A stretch of 64,000 nucleotides of DNA, from contig OZ024740.1 in assembly GCA_964016885.1 (NCBI GenBank), positions 189,472,001 through 189,536,000 on the forward strand, read 5' to 3'. Origin of the DNA: Eledone cirrhosa. Its lineage: Eukaryota. How positions within the stretch are numbered: the first letter of the stretch is position 1; each line of letters starts with the position of its first letter. A program made the position numbers and the translations under genes. Under the pieces are notes generated by a model, which searched no databases, had not been told where the DNA came from, and saw nothing but the letters and a program-made list of their open reading frames with translations. Below are positions 51,430-64,000 of the stretch, piece after piece.

Positions 51430-51563
51430 AGATACGGTGTGGTAAAACACCAGGAGGACCATATCACACCAGAATACTCAATACTTGGGGTAGTAGAGTG
51501 GGTAATATGAAAAGATTAAGTAAAACGACCGGAGCTCAGCCGTCGGGAACCTGAATATTTTCA
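51430..51563. mobile_element. Miniature PLE terminus, homolog of 8610-8735
   Basis: GTGTGGTAAA..GAATACTCAATACTT..GTAGTAG.GTGGGTAAT followed by GAGCTCAGCCGTCGGG; lies between TA tracts. Confidence 0.6.
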
Positions 51564-51728
51564 TATATATATATATATGTTTATAGTGAAAAACATAATG
51601 GTCATTTGTGTTGTGACGCATACGTTTAAACTACGATATTTCTTTATACTTGCAAAATCTACACATATAGACATACACACATACATACATAGATACGTGC
51701 ATACCTATGTACATACATACACACACAA

Positions 51729-51798
<70 letters not shown>

Positions 51799-51812
51799 GT
51801 ATATATATATAT

Positions 51813-51849
<37 letters not shown>

Positions 51850-51907
51850 TATATACATATATTTTTGTATATATATATTCATATATATATATATGTATAC
51901 ATATATA

Positions 51908-51954
<47 letters not shown>

Positions 51955-51957
51955 GTA

Positions 51958-52018
<61 letters not shown>

Positions 52019-52459
52019 GTACATATATAAGTCAAAAACTCTGAAAGCCTTTGCAGAATGTAACCAAAATGTATCAATTAAGTCTTATAATTGTATAGCT
52101 TCGTCAATACAATCCAACAATAGTACCCATTAATTCAATTCATTGTATTTATGCATCTTAATATTTTTATCTTCTGCTTCTGCTTGGTTGTATGGTTGTA
52201 TGTCAAGTGATGGGACACTATTATAGACTGAGTAATTTTATTCAGAAACACGACAGACTTTCCTTCGCCACAAAAATGATATTTATTTATATATCATTAT
52301 ATTTTGCTTAAATCAATAGATCTTAGTTTTCAGTTTGAAGCAATGGCTATTAAAATTACATTCGTTCGCATAGTTTGCTTTTGCCTTTTTTATTTTAATT
52401 CTTTTTTATCTTTTATTTACATTTCATTTCATTCCTTTCTTTATTTCCGGCTACATTCA

Positions 52460-53450
52460 AACAGTCTGTTCGATACTTTCTAAGCTTTCCCCCACTCCAC
52501 CATCAAATATACAAACTCTACAGGTATAGAGTGTTCCTGGTGTTTGCAGCAACAAGGAAAATTGTAAATTGATAGCACTTTTAGTACATTTTATATTATC
52601 TAACTGTGAAATCAATAACGGTTGCAATATAGTCGTATAAACATGTGCAAACAAGACAATGATAATATAGTACTATTCTTTAAAAGTTTTACGATCCTTA
52701 AAACACCATTTTAAAAAATCTCATAAAAGCAACAAAAACAATTGCCCGTTGGCTAAATGCTTTTTTCTTCTTGTTTTGTTTTAGACATGTACTTCATAGT
52801 TCCTTTAAAAGGAAATGTTAAATGAAATAAAAAAGCGACGACTAAGACATTTGTATTTCTGAATACGTATATTAACACTAAATATGACTGTAACTTTGGC
52901 GGTAAAATCGATCTGATAATCTTCAAACATTTGGCGGGATAAGTCTACAACAAATTGAACAGTAAACTGAAGAATGTTTTTATAGTTTAAAGATCGGAAG
53001 TATACACGCCAATGGCGATGTAGCATACCAGGAGAAGCAAACTGTCTAAAAAAGCATTCATCTATCTCCACCATCTGGCTAGCTTTAACTTATTGCTACA
53101 AACCTACAGAAAAATAAAATCAATCAAAGAAACAAACAAACATGTGATGCCTTCATGTATGTCAAAATCTGAAAGCTCTTCCACTTCTTTAAGTACAATA
53201 GTTACTTTTGTTCTTTTGCCAATATCTTTGTTATCTTTGTTGGATGCTCTGACTCAGAACCACTTGACAAAAATGGTTTTGAGGGTAGTACAACGACAGA
53301 TCCCTGCCCGATTTGGGAAGATATCAATTCACAAATGTAGACATTCGACAAACCTCAACACTTTACAGTTCCATTCCTACAGTTTAAAACAAAATGTCCC
53401 TATACTTTCTAATTATGAAACATCGCCAGTTGCTTCAAACTAAAAAAAAA
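52460..53450 (-). pseudogene. Possible highly decayed Merlin/IS1595-type DNA transposase
   Basis: Only MVEIDECFF (53074) resembles the VEIDE motif; the remainder is unreadable. Confidence 0.25.
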
Positions 53451-53700
53451 AGCCATCGGCAAAGAAAATATCCCATCTATTATCCAGAAGAGCTGCACCA
53501 GCCAAGATACATGTCAAATTGTTTCATTTTCCTCTCTTTCCTGGATTAGCATTTAGCGAGAAATTATAAATAGTAGAGAAATGAAACATCAACATCGAAA
53601 ACATACATAAATTCTACATTTATTCATTATTCTTTGTGCCAACATAACCACACCGAGACAAAGGGAAAATCACACACACACACACACATACCCCCCCCCC

Positions 53701-53766
<66 letters not shown>

Positions 53767-53899
53767 GCATCCTGTTACGACGATGAATGTTCCAGTTGAC
53801 ACGCTAAACGGAACAGCCTGTAAGTGGTTGAGCATTCCACAGGCGTGCGTTCAATTACGTTTACATTCACCTTGACACAGAATTCGACAATTGGCCAAC

Positions 53900-53960
53900 T
53901 GGAGCAAAATGAAATAAAGTGTCTTGTTCAAACACACAATGCAATGCCGGGAATTTCACT
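53900..53960 (-). mobile_element. CORE-SINE-like fragment
   Basis: TAAAGTGTCTTGTTCAAACACACAA resembles the reverse complement of the CORE-domain TTGTGTCCTTGAGCAAGACACTT. Confidence 0.4.
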
Positions 53961-54317
53961 CATTGTCTTACTATCGAATACCCTGATCTTCCCTTTATTC
54001 TTTTCTTGACCATGGTATTTTCTTGAAGACCAGTAGTTGTCCATGCATGCTAGTCTCCTTGTTTCAAGCTACCGTTGTTGTTCAAGGGAAGATCAAAGGC
54101 CAATATAGCTTGGCATCAGACACGTGAAATAAATATCACAAGATCATGATCGTGAATTTAAATTTGCCCGAAATGTGTCCTTAACCACAGTTAAAGATGT
54201 ACTCTATACATTAGTAGCGTATAGGCATCTTTAGTGAATATAGAAATAATTTCCACGGGTGTAGAACCGTAGAACCATTTGATTCAAGAATGTCCTGATG
54301 ATTTCATGCGTATAAGT

Positions 54318-54349
<32 letters not shown>

Positions 54350-54689
54350 GTATGATTATATGCACATACATACACACGCACACGTATATATATTAAGTAT
54401 GACATAATTAATGTGTTTTTTGTTTATTGACCAGTAACGTACGTTTCACAGATGATTAGCTAAAGGTTCATATTTCTGTTACAGACTCGGCTCCAGCACC
54501 AAGTATTGTTTTGTATATATATATATATTAGGAATGTCTTGTGGTTGGATGCCCTTAAAAGTTTGTAAATATATTGCAAACTCTTCATAATGACATGAAA
54601 TACAGAGTTAATTGTAGGAGCACACTCTCTGAGCCTTTTGTGGAGGAAAGTGGTATAAAACATGGAGATTTTGATGCATCTACACTCTT

Positions 54690-55900
54690 TGAAATATTTT
54701 TGTCTGCCATGCTATATCACGCTTTTAAAATGCAATGAAAGGGTATATGTAAGATATGGTAACAGAGAAAATGTCTTTAATTCAGCAAGGATGAAATCTA
54801 AGAGCAAAGAGTTTACCTCACTAATAATAGACGAACTGCTTGCTGATGACTGTGACCTTGTCAGTTATACGGTGTATCGATTGTAATTGATTATTTCTGC
54901 ATTTAATTCGGCATGTGTTATTTTGGTTCGATTATAAATTTAAAGAAAATGGTTGTTTTGTGTCAACCTATACCTGGACATGTTTTGCAACAACCTAGAA
55001 TATATCAAAGGTAAACGTCTTGTTCTATACTTCCCATAACCTATGAGTGCTATGAGTGCAGTGAATACAGATGGAACATTGGATTCAGAAATATCTGTAA
55101 GGACTCAAAAGGCTGAAAAACTTCGGTAGTTTAGAGTCTCGTGTTTGGTCACAAATACATATCAAAAATGAAAAGAAATATCTGTTTATAAATCCTCCCT
55201 GCTATCCTTCCCGTCTGTACTCTTCTGAAGCATCACTTTAGACTTCTGGAACGAAGTTTATGCCATTCTCTGAAAATAAAATGGAATGCATTCCCTCCCG
55301 ACTATGGTGTTCTAGATGCATATGGTATTTGTTCCATAAAGGCAATACTTTTGAAAAATCAACTGCGCTGATCGAGACATGGCTTTCGATCGTATCCCCG
55401 GGCAAGTATGTTATTGGTAAATTTCTCAGGGAAAAAAGAAACAGAGCAACCCAAAAATGTTCAAGGGGGCATTGAAAGAGAAGCTGAAGAATGTAGGAAT
55501 TGATAAAAAAACATGGAATGTTTCGCAGTGGATCGCTCTACCTGATGTTCTAAATTATGGGAAGGTTTGAAAACCCTTGAACAAAAGAAGTAAACGTAAG
55601 TAAAAATATTATGAGGAAAATGAGAAAATAACAGCCAGTAAAGGAATATGAAGTTAATGGAATAATTACTTCTTGTACAGTTTGTGGCAAAATCTGCCTC
55701 TCAAAGACTGAACTTCAATCCCAAGTACGACCACATAGTAAGACACTTCCTACTGACTACAGAACATACCAGTTCAATCTTATCAATGCCCCTTATGTCA
55801 CAGGATCAGCAAATCTCAAGGTCGTCTAAAGAGACGGTTGAAAGTTCAATCGAGATACACAGGCAGTTCAAACTGCACCAAAACTAATGTGCAATTTATG
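54690..55900 (+). pseudogene. Decayed RTE/BovB-like LINE RT and C-terminus
   Basis: VYVRYG..FN..IDELLADDCDLV and IINLKKMVVL, with many stops. Confidence 0.6.
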
Positions 55901-56040
55901 TGGACGTCTCTTTAAAAGTATGTCTGATCTAAACAGCCCCATAATATCTCATACCAGAACAGAACATCGTGTACACTGAAGCGGTTAAGCTTTGTATTGA
56001 GCAGAAAACTAAACTTTTATATATATATATATATAGTAAC

Positions 56041-56232
56041 AATTGTTTCTACTTTTGGCACAAGACCAGCAATTATATCAGTACATTACTGGTACTTTAT
56101 TTTATCGGCCCCGTAAGGGTGAAAGGTAAAGTGTACCTCGGCGGGATTTGAACTCAGACAAAAAACGGGCGGAACTCTATGCTGCAAAGTAAGGCGTCTG
56201 ACCTTCTACCGATACTGCCAAGCCCCCGGCCG

Positions 56233-56235
<3 letters not shown>
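56041..56235 (-). mobile_element. tRNA-derived SINE, same family as 1536-1718
   Basis: Aligns over the full length; A and B boxes on minus. Confidence 0.82.
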
Positions 56236-56276
<41 letters not shown>

Positions 56277-56310
56277 CATAAGAATCAAAGAACTGTTCAA
56301 AACATTATTG

Positions 56311-56357
56311 TGCTTACAGCTGTTTCCTCCAAACCGAGGTTTGGATTCTTCGGAGCA
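56311..56357 (-). ncRNA. Type I hammerhead (U4C variant) in a short TA-flanked insertion
   Basis: TGCT CCGAAGA A TCCAAACC tc GGTTTGGA G GAA ACAGCTGT A AGCA. Confidence 0.75.
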
Positions 56358-56531
56358 ATTTATTAATGCATGGACAGTTATATGACCTCCTTTATGTTTT
56401 TACATTGAGCTACTTAACTTACTGGTAATAAGGTAGTAATACATTACTGCCTACCACTATTTAGGGTGTGTGTAAAATACTTACAACTGCTTAAGGTTTC
56501 GTGTTTACATAACCATAAATAGTATAACTAA

Positions 56532-56567
<36 letters not shown>

Positions 56568-56635
56568 GTACAGTAGTATATATATATATATATATATATA
56601 TAGACGTACAGTAGTATATATATATATATATATAT

Positions 56636-59350
56636 TGTGGAATAATAAGTAAATATCTTTAAGTTGTTTGGAAGCCTCGGCAAATGGGTAAATCTCCGGG
56701 TAACAAGATCCGGTGGTGGAGAGAGAGATGTAAATGGGTGTACGTTGAGATGCGTGGTGTGTATAAGATGTATAGAAGAATGAAGGAAAGAGTATAAAGG
56801 ATAACATTAAAGTAACAACACGAGAGAGAGTTACCTTGGGAGAGATTTAATTGTCCCTATATATTTCGGATTCACATCCATCAACTGGGGTTTTTTTCCG
56901 GGGTGGGGGAAAGGTTGTCTGTCGGACAGGTGCGAAACGCGTCCTCCGTTGTTTGTTATTTTGAATATCTGAGGTATTCAGCAGAGCGCGCGGGCGCGTG
57001 AAATGGGGTCGGTCGGGCAGAGGTCAGCGGCCGAATAAGGGAGTGGGGTGGCGCTAGCTGTCAGTCCATTCTCTGCCTGTTTGTTAGATGTTACTGTGTG
57101 TGTGTGTGTTGTTGTCTGGCTTGAGTGTGTGTGTGTGTGCGTGTGTTGTTGTCTAGTTCCTCTGTATTGGCAGTGTAGTATGTTCGTATGGTGGAATGCT
57201 ACTGTGTGTGTGTGTGTAGTTGTCTCGTTTGTGTGTGTGTGTGTGTGTGCGTGTGTTGCTGCATCGTTTGTTAACTTAAACCAGCCATTTAATTTCGCTT
57301 CTCTCTGATCGATTGTTTATTTGCGGTTGCAGGGGTTTGATAAAAAGCGCTTCCTTGATACGTAACGTGCCGACGTTTCTTTCAGGCGCTAGAATTGTGA
57401 CAATGGGCCTTCCGTCTTTGTGTCCGCATTTGTCTATGTGTTTCCGGAAAGACAAGGCCCTGGTTTTAGTGTGTTCCTTGATCCGGATGTGCAAAGGTCA
57501 GATTGTGCTACCTATGTAGTATTGGTTGCACCTGTCACATTCTATCTTATACACGACGTTTGTGCGTAGGCAACAGTTCGCATGGCGTATCGGGCAGTCT
57601 CTGAGGGAGCATGCGTCAGTAGATTTACCGGGTTTCTGGAGAGGCATCTTCGCAGGGAGGGGCCAGAGTGGGCCAGGTGGATGTCGAGGCCCTCCCTCCG
57701 TATAGCCTTGCGGATAGCGTTGGTGGTATTCTCGCCCAGGTGTGGCATTTTAAGGAAGCACTTACCTTGGGTGCCTCTCTGTCTCTTGTGTTTGGTGTCT
57801 CCTATTCTGTCTGTGATCGAGGTAGGGTACCCGTTCGTCTCCAGCACCTCGAGGAATCGCTTGGTATGAGTGACACCACTCGCGACATCGCTGCATCTAT
57901 TTTTGATTCGCGCGATCTCGTTCGTGATGTATCCTCTTTTGGCACTGTTAGGAAGGGCGGACTTGTAGTGAACGAACAGGTCCCTGCAGGCTGTCTTTCG
58001 GTAGAAATTGCAGTGGATCCTTCCCTGTTCAGTGATGTTGATTCGGAAGTCGAGGAGGGCAAGTGACCCGTCTTCGTTGGGGCGTTCAACACTGAAGTCA
58101 ATCTGCTCGTCCGTGTTGTTGAACGTCTCATAGATTCTGTTCGCCGTGTCTTGGGAAGATGTGATGATGAGGATATCGTCCACGTACCTTGAGAAAAAGG
58201 CTTCGGCGTTGGGGTGGCAGGCGTTGAGTGCCTTGCGTTCGAGGTTGTGCATGTAAGAGATCGCTAGCACACCTGATAGGCTTGATCCCATGGGCAATCC
58301 CGAGGTTTGTTGGTATGTTTGGTCAAAGAATCCGAAGTAGGTGTTATCGACGACGATGGATAGGAGTATTGACGGCCGGGAGTGCCGGGAGTGCCGAGAC
58401 CGAGGTGTAGAGAGCGACTACATCAAGGCTGAAGGCATATCTGTTATTCCTTCTGGTGTCGGGATCCATTTGATACAGGCGCTTCAACACCTCCTCGGAG
58501 CTGTTAACGTGTCCCGGCAAGGTGTCTAAGATGGGTTTGAGTATTCTGGCTAGGAGCCATGAAATTTTGTAGAGTGGTCCCTCCACGCTCGATACGATGG
58601 GCCTGATCTTCAGGTGGGGTCCCTGTTTGTGTGTTTTCACGAGGTCGTAGAAGGCGGATAGTCTGCTGCTCCTCTTGAGGAGGTTGTATCTCAGCTTCTT
58701 CGGGAGCTTCCGCCGGTCGCAGATCTTGGTCCAGGCGGCGTTGATGTGCTCTTCTATCTGCGCGGGAGTGATTCCCGTGACCTTGGAGTAGAGGTTGTCA
58801 TCGTCAAGGTGTTGGAGGGCCAGGGTGTTGTAGGCCTCTCTGCTGATGACGCAGAAGTGTTTTCCCTTGTGGGAGGGGAGATAGATGAGGTTCTTCGATT
58901 TTAGGTTGGAGAGAGTGGTGAGTTGAGATTTGGTGAGGTTATGTGTTGTGCGTGTGTGTTTGTGAAGTATATCCGAGATGAATTGTTTTAGCCTGATGAG
59001 TTTAGTGTCGAGTTCGTTGTTGGTGGGTGGGGGGTGGAGTGGGTTGTCGGGGTGGTAAGTGGGGAACTTGGGGTGGGTTGCGTGGGCGCTGTTACTTTCT
59101 GTGGCCCTGTTGATGGTGGTCACCCATTTAAGTTGGTAAGCGGCTCAACAAAAGTTGGCCTCGATGTTGAGTTTGAGTCTGTCGTCGAGACGTTGTGAGA
59201 CGATGAACTTGGGTCCGAGGTGTGGGAGTTTCAGCTCGTCGCTCGTGAGAGTGCCGGTTAAGTTGGTGACCAGGTGCGTCGCATCGTTGAAGTATGGCTC
59301 GGTGTTGGTGGATGCGGCGGTGGCGGTTGTTAAGTTGTTGTCAGCTGGGC
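56636..59350 (-). mobile_element. Penelope/Poseidon-like PLE pseudogene (RT plus GIY-YIG plus 3' pseudo-LTR)
   Basis: KTHK..IRPIVS, SLDVVALYTSV (58344-59123); PMGSSLSG, RYVDDI, LLDF, YRK (57542-58297); YIGST..RIKEH..IKEALFI (57276-57530). Decayed HHR at 56855-56890. Confidence 0.92.
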
Positions 59351-59351
59351 G

Positions 59352-59592
59352 CACCGAAAACGATAAATGGAAAAGAATGAAACGAAATTTCATTTCTCAC
59401 TCTTAGTACGGCTGATACTTAAATGTAAATATGTATGTACACGCGCATACATATATGTATACAGACGTACAGTAGTATGCATATATATACATACATGCAC
59501 ACACATATATATGTACGTAAGGGTTTACCGAACATTTATTATAATGTTCGGTTTGTTTGTTTGTAAACAAACAAACAGCCCGAATTACGCCG
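59352..59592 (-). mobile_element. Fragment of the retrozyme-like unit fused to the PLE 5' truncation point
   Basis: ACCGAAAACGATAAAT..AATGAAACGAAATTTCATTTCTCACTCTTAGTA..ACAGACGTACAGTAG..TTTGTAAACAAAC match the 44.6-47.5 kb unit. Confidence 0.85.
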
Positions 59593-59640
59593 TTCATTCT
59601 TTAGAAATCATCAGGATCCTGATGATTTCTAAAGAATGAA
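59593..59640. repeat. Perfect spacer-less 48-bp palindrome
   Basis: TTCATTCTTTAGAAATCATCAGGA|TCCTGATGATTTCTAAAGAATGAA. The right arm continues as a homolog of 17586-17640. Confidence 0.9.
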
Positions 59641-59674
59641 ACAGTTCTAGTCCTGTAGTATCTCATCTATATAT

Positions 59675-59721
<47 letters not shown>

Positions 59722-59723
59722 CG

Positions 59724-59757
<34 letters not shown>

Positions 59758-59764
<7 letters not shown>

Positions 59765-60822
59765 TTAAAATATATGATAAACACGAAATGTGTTTATATT
59801 GCAACAGACAAAGTTAGCTATTAATGAAATAAACTAATTAAAGTGAATACAATTTGTCTGTCTCGATATAAGTCAATAAAGACAAGCTTATATTGGCAAC
59901 GGCCATGATTCCTGGACATATTTAAATTTCAAAATTCAAACCTGTTCTGTAGACTAATTTGAACCTCGAAACCCAAATAAGTTTCGCAACGGTGGAATGT
60001 AAATTGAAAAATAAAGAGAATCGAAATGGAATAGAAATAAAAGAGTGAAATATCCAAATCTTCTGTGCTTATCAACAGGAATCCAGTAAAATTAGGCTAT
60101 CTCACATCAAACATTTTGCATGTCTGACTACACGTGTGCAGGCAGGCCAAAACTAGCTCTCCCGCATTCACGGTGCTAGAAATAACAGCCGCTTATGCAG
60201 GATTAAGGATCAGCTCTACAATAAAGGAGCTATACATTATATTATATTTTGAGAATAAACTCTCAGTCGTTTACAATAATTAAGCTCCAGGAAGGGGCTC
60301 TTCCGAGCAGTTAAATACATTTAAAATATTTGATAAACACGAAAAATGTTTATATTGCAACAGACAAAGTTAGCTATTAATGAAATAAACTAATTAAAGT
60401 GAATACAATTTGTCTGTCTCGATATAAGTCAATAAAGACAAGCTTATATTGGCAACGGCCATGATTCCTGGACATATTTAAATTTCAAAATCCAAACCTG
60501 TTCTGTAGACGAATTTGAACCTCGAAACCCAAATAAGTTTCGCAACGGTGGAATGTGAATTGAAAAATAAAGAGAATCGAAATGGAATAGAAATAAAAGA
60601 GTGAAATATCCAAATCTTCTGTCTTTATTGACTTATATCGAGACAGACAAATTGTATTCACTTTAATTAGTTTATTTCATTAATAGCTAACTTTGTCTGT
60701 TGCAATATAAACACATTTCGTGTTTATCATATATTTTAAATGTATTTAACTGCTCGGAAGAGCCCCTTCCTGGAGCTTAATTATTGTAAACGACTGAGAG
60801 TTTATTCTCAAAATATAATATA

Positions 60823-60825
<3 letters not shown>
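59758..60825. mobile_element. Non-coding unit of about 557 nt with partial tandem copy and inverted copy (retrozyme-like family 2)
   Basis: 59761 onward is repeated from 60318. 60621-60825 is the reverse complement of about 60236-60439. Homologous to 14472-15303. (TA)n on both sides. Confidence 0.8.
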
Positions 60826-60876
<51 letters not shown>

Positions 60877-60879
<3 letters not shown>

Positions 60880-63550
60880 ATAGGGAAAAAAGAGTCGATT
60901 ATTAGGAAGAAAAATATCTTTTTTCTGGGTTAGAAAATGTTTAAAACAAAATATTTTACTTTGTGTTAAGTGTTACGGTATTAGTTAATTTATTTATTAA
61001 TTAACAATAGCATTTATTTATTCATTTATATTTATTTATCTATTTATTATTAATAATTGTCTATTACCGGTTGCAGCATTTTATGCATTAGCAAAGGATG
61101 GAATTTTTATTGGTATAAAATGTTGGAGAGAAAATGATGTCATGTTGAACATGTTAAGGAAATGGGAAAGAAAGAATAATATTATTTACAAACAAGGTTT
61201 TTGAAGTAAAAAGAAAAAAGAAAAAAAAAGGCTTTGATGTGGAACATGATAAGGTAATGGTTAAGAAAGAAAGATATTATTTACAGGCATAGTTCTTGAG
61301 GATAAGCAGTTCAAAATGTGTTATGGCAAGAGCGCTTAGTTGATCCATGATGGAGGCAAATGGTAGTCTGGGGTTTGATATGATTTCCCTTTTTAGAGAG
61401 TTAATATGCAGGGGGAGGTAATTCAAGGTGGTCGGGTAGGGGGGGAGAGAAATGAGAGGAGGTAATTCATTTATATAAGAAAAAGGTAACTCTTTAGAGA
61501 ACATAGGCATTTGGTTTTGGTTCATTGTTCCTTCCAGTTTAAGATTAGTCCGAAGTTTAGTCCATTAAGTAGAGGTTGGAATTTGTTAATGAATTACGTT
61601 TTCTTATTGGTACGATGAATGAAAGAAGCGTTGTCTATGAATTTGTAAATGGGGAAAAATTTTAAAGTTTCGATGTTGGTTAGGTGTACAATTGGCGATA
61701 TGTTCACTAAAAGCAATCTTTCTGTATTCCTGTATTTTGATTTGTTTTTTGTCTGTTCTTAGTAGTGCTCTTGACAACCTGAGCAGGTCAAAACATAGAT
61801 TAGGTTTTCAGATGCACATGTAAAGTTCTGTTTAACAGTGAAATGCTGTCCTTGTTTAAAATGGAATGTTGAATTTTCTATTAGATTTATGCATATACCA
61901 CAGTTGGGCCTCCTGCATTTTTTACTGTAGGGTTTATTGTGAGGGTTGGTTGGATTTTGGCTTGTGTTAGGATGTTTTTTATGGATTTAGGTTGTCTTTT
62001 GCTCTTTATGATGTTGTGTGTTTGGAGGATTTTGTTCATTCTTGCGTCTCGTTTTAGTAAAGGAATGTTATGGAGGATGGTGTCGAATGTCTCATTGTTG
62101 AGGGGGTTGTGTATGGAGATGTATGGTAGCGTTTTCTGTTGCGGTTCATTCCTGCGTTTGTGGTGTTTGAGTTCCTGGATGTTGAGTTTTAGGGCACGTT
62201 GGAATCCATTGTTGATTAGGGATGGTGGGTAGTTTCTGCTGATAAGTGTGTTCATTAATTATTCTAGTCGTGTGTAGCATGTGTATTTATCTGAAACTAT
62301 TGTGCAGATCCTTCTGGCTAGGTTATAAGGAATTGCCATTTTGGTATGGCGAAGGTGGCACGAGCTAAATGGAAGATATTGTTTGGAGTCTGGAGGATGA
62401 AGCAGTCGTCCAGATATCTCTTCCTGTTTTTTTTCTGTGTCGGTAGAAGTGTTAACCGTATTTTTCTAGAACTTTGCGGCAGAGTGGTTTCCAAATATAC
62501 CATGACAAGGTTGGCGTATGAGGGGGCTACTTTCGTGCCCATGGCAGTCCCAGATTTGTAGTATTTGGCATCGAATTCGAAGAAGTTGTTTTACAAGATG
62601 AAGTTGTTTTACAAGATGAATTTGAGTCCCTCCAACACAAATTGTTTAGGGATGCGCTGTGGGAGTTCACTAGAGAACTTTTCAAGCCAGAGTTGTCTTG
62701 CCTCTATACCTAGGTTGTGTGGGATTTTGGAATATAGATTGATGACATCAAAGGTTACTAGTAGGGTATGTTCATTATTAAGTGTTGTTGGAGGTGATTG
62801 AAAATGTCAAGGTCGTCCCTTATGAAGCTTTTTATGTGTTTTAGGAAAGGTTTAAGCAGAATATCTAGGAAGTTGCTTAGGCGGTAGGTTTCACATGTAG
62901 TACCTTCTATTATGGGTCTTAATTTAAGGTCATCAGGAGGGGTATATTGATGTAAATGTCTGTGGCTTGCTTGCAGACCCTGCCTATTACTTCGCTTTTT
63001 TTGTGTCTTTGGGATAACGTAGAAAAGGCTGGTTCTGCTTTTGAAATTGGTGATGTAGTTGTATTCCTTGTCGGTAAGGCCTTCTTTGTAAAGGGTTGTT
63101 AGGGATTTTAGGTTTCTCATTATTTTCTGTTGTGTGTAGAGTTGGGCCTTTTCGCAATATGTTTGGTTTTCTAGAGTTGAGAGTAGTAGAGTCGTGTAGT
63201 AATCTGTCCTCATAAGGATTACTGCACTCCCTTTATCCGCCTCTTTGAATGTTAGGGTTTTATCGTTCTTTAGACTGTTAAGACGATTCCATTCTCTTTT
63301 GCTTAGGTTTGGTTTTTGTTTATGTCTGTGTAGTCGGTGTTATGGGTAATTAGTAATGTGTTCGCAGAATTGATCGAGGAATTTGTTCTTGCCTTTTGGT
63401 GGGGTGTAGTTGCTTCTATTTCTGGCTATTGAGTCATCCTCATTGTATTTGTCGTATAGTTGCACGCTGAGTCTTAGTTTTCTACAGGATTCTGCAATGT
63501 CTTCCTTCATTTCGGGGTAGTTTGGTCATTGGGAAGTTGGTGCCAATTTC
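60877..63550 (-). mobile_element. Neptune-like PLE pseudogene
   Basis: EADKGSAVILM, LRPII, TFDVINLYSKIPH, GTAMGTKVAPSYANL, RYLDDCF, KRQPKSIKNIL, FTCASENL. Internal deletions. A short inverted terminal match links about 60901-60920 with 63581-63600. Confidence 0.85.
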
Positions 63551-63660
63551 AGAAAAAAGAGAAAACAATAAAAGGAAAACAAAATATTTTTCTTCCTAAT
63601 TTCATATATATATATACAATGATATTAAATAAATGGAAACCATATTTATAAAACCATATT

Positions 63661-63725
63661 TATTTTATTATATATATTTCAAGGGTAACCAATACAACAT
63701 TGGTACGCTTTCATCAGATAAAATA
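63661..63725 (-). ncRNA. Intact type I hammerhead
   Basis: TATTTTAT CTGATGA AAGcGTACCAAT gttgt ATTGGtTACcCTT GAAA TATATA TA ATAAAATA: 8-bp stem I, AUA triplet. Confidence 0.82.
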
Positions 63726-64000
63726 CAAAGTTTGTTTTATAAATAGAGACATACCCATGAAAATCATACCTTATCGTTTGGAAATTCACTGGGTAGTGGA
63801 AATATATTAGGGATTATTCAAACTTATGTGTGAATATGCAAATGAATATGTAAATTATTCAAAAGCAACCGTTTATTTAAATGACACTGGAAAAAGAGAG
63901 AGAGAAAAATATAAGGGGATATAGATACGAGAGAGATAGAGAAAAGAAATAGACAAGAGAAGATGAATAAAACCTTATATAACGTTAATTTGGGGGAAAT

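Noticed and set aside
56915-56947. GAAACGCGTC, a typical minimal HHR 3' half
   Set aside because: No CTGANGA or stem I upstream, and it is antisense to the host PLE.
59619-59655. CTGATGA TTTCT aa AGAA T GAAA CAGTTCTAGTC as a hammerhead (homolog at 17586-17625)
   Set aside because: Core and stem II are present, but no convincing stem I or stem III could be paired; kept only as a PLE-terminus palindrome.
61060-61095. Possible HHR relic in the Neptune-like 3' UTR (GCAT aaa ATGC T GCAA CCGG TA on minus)
   Set aside because: Too many core mismatches to support.

Overview
AT-rich eukaryotic (animal) DNA made almost entirely of transposable-element remains separated by long (TA)n, (CA)n and (CTT)n microsatellites. 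The SINE types and microsatellite load suggest a cephalopod such as Octopus (inference). No host protein-coding exon, rRNA, tRNA gene or CRISPR array could be supported, and most listed ORFs are microsatellite artefacts. The dominant content is Penelope-like retroelements (PLEs; RT plus GIY-YIG endonuclease) of at least four lineages, all pseudogenised. Also present are tRNA-derived SINEs, RTE-like LINE fragments and two non-autonomous Helitrons. More than 20 type I hammerhead ribozyme (HHR) motifs, intact or decayed, can be read by eye. The most interesting system is a family of non-coding 470-530 nt tandem retrozyme-like units (19.7-20.6 kb, 44.6-47.5 kb, with fragments at 36.4 and 59.4 kb). 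They share an intact minimal HHR, an octamer motif, covarying hairpins and a common 3' end point, and they form chimeras with PLEs. A second pattern is that many PLE or retrozyme insertions lie in (TA)n tracts as head-to-head inverted pairs with both 3' ends facing outward. A third is a set of HHRs with unusually long stem II domains in Naiad-like PLEs. All calls were made by eye, so element boundaries are approximate unless an exact junction is quoted.
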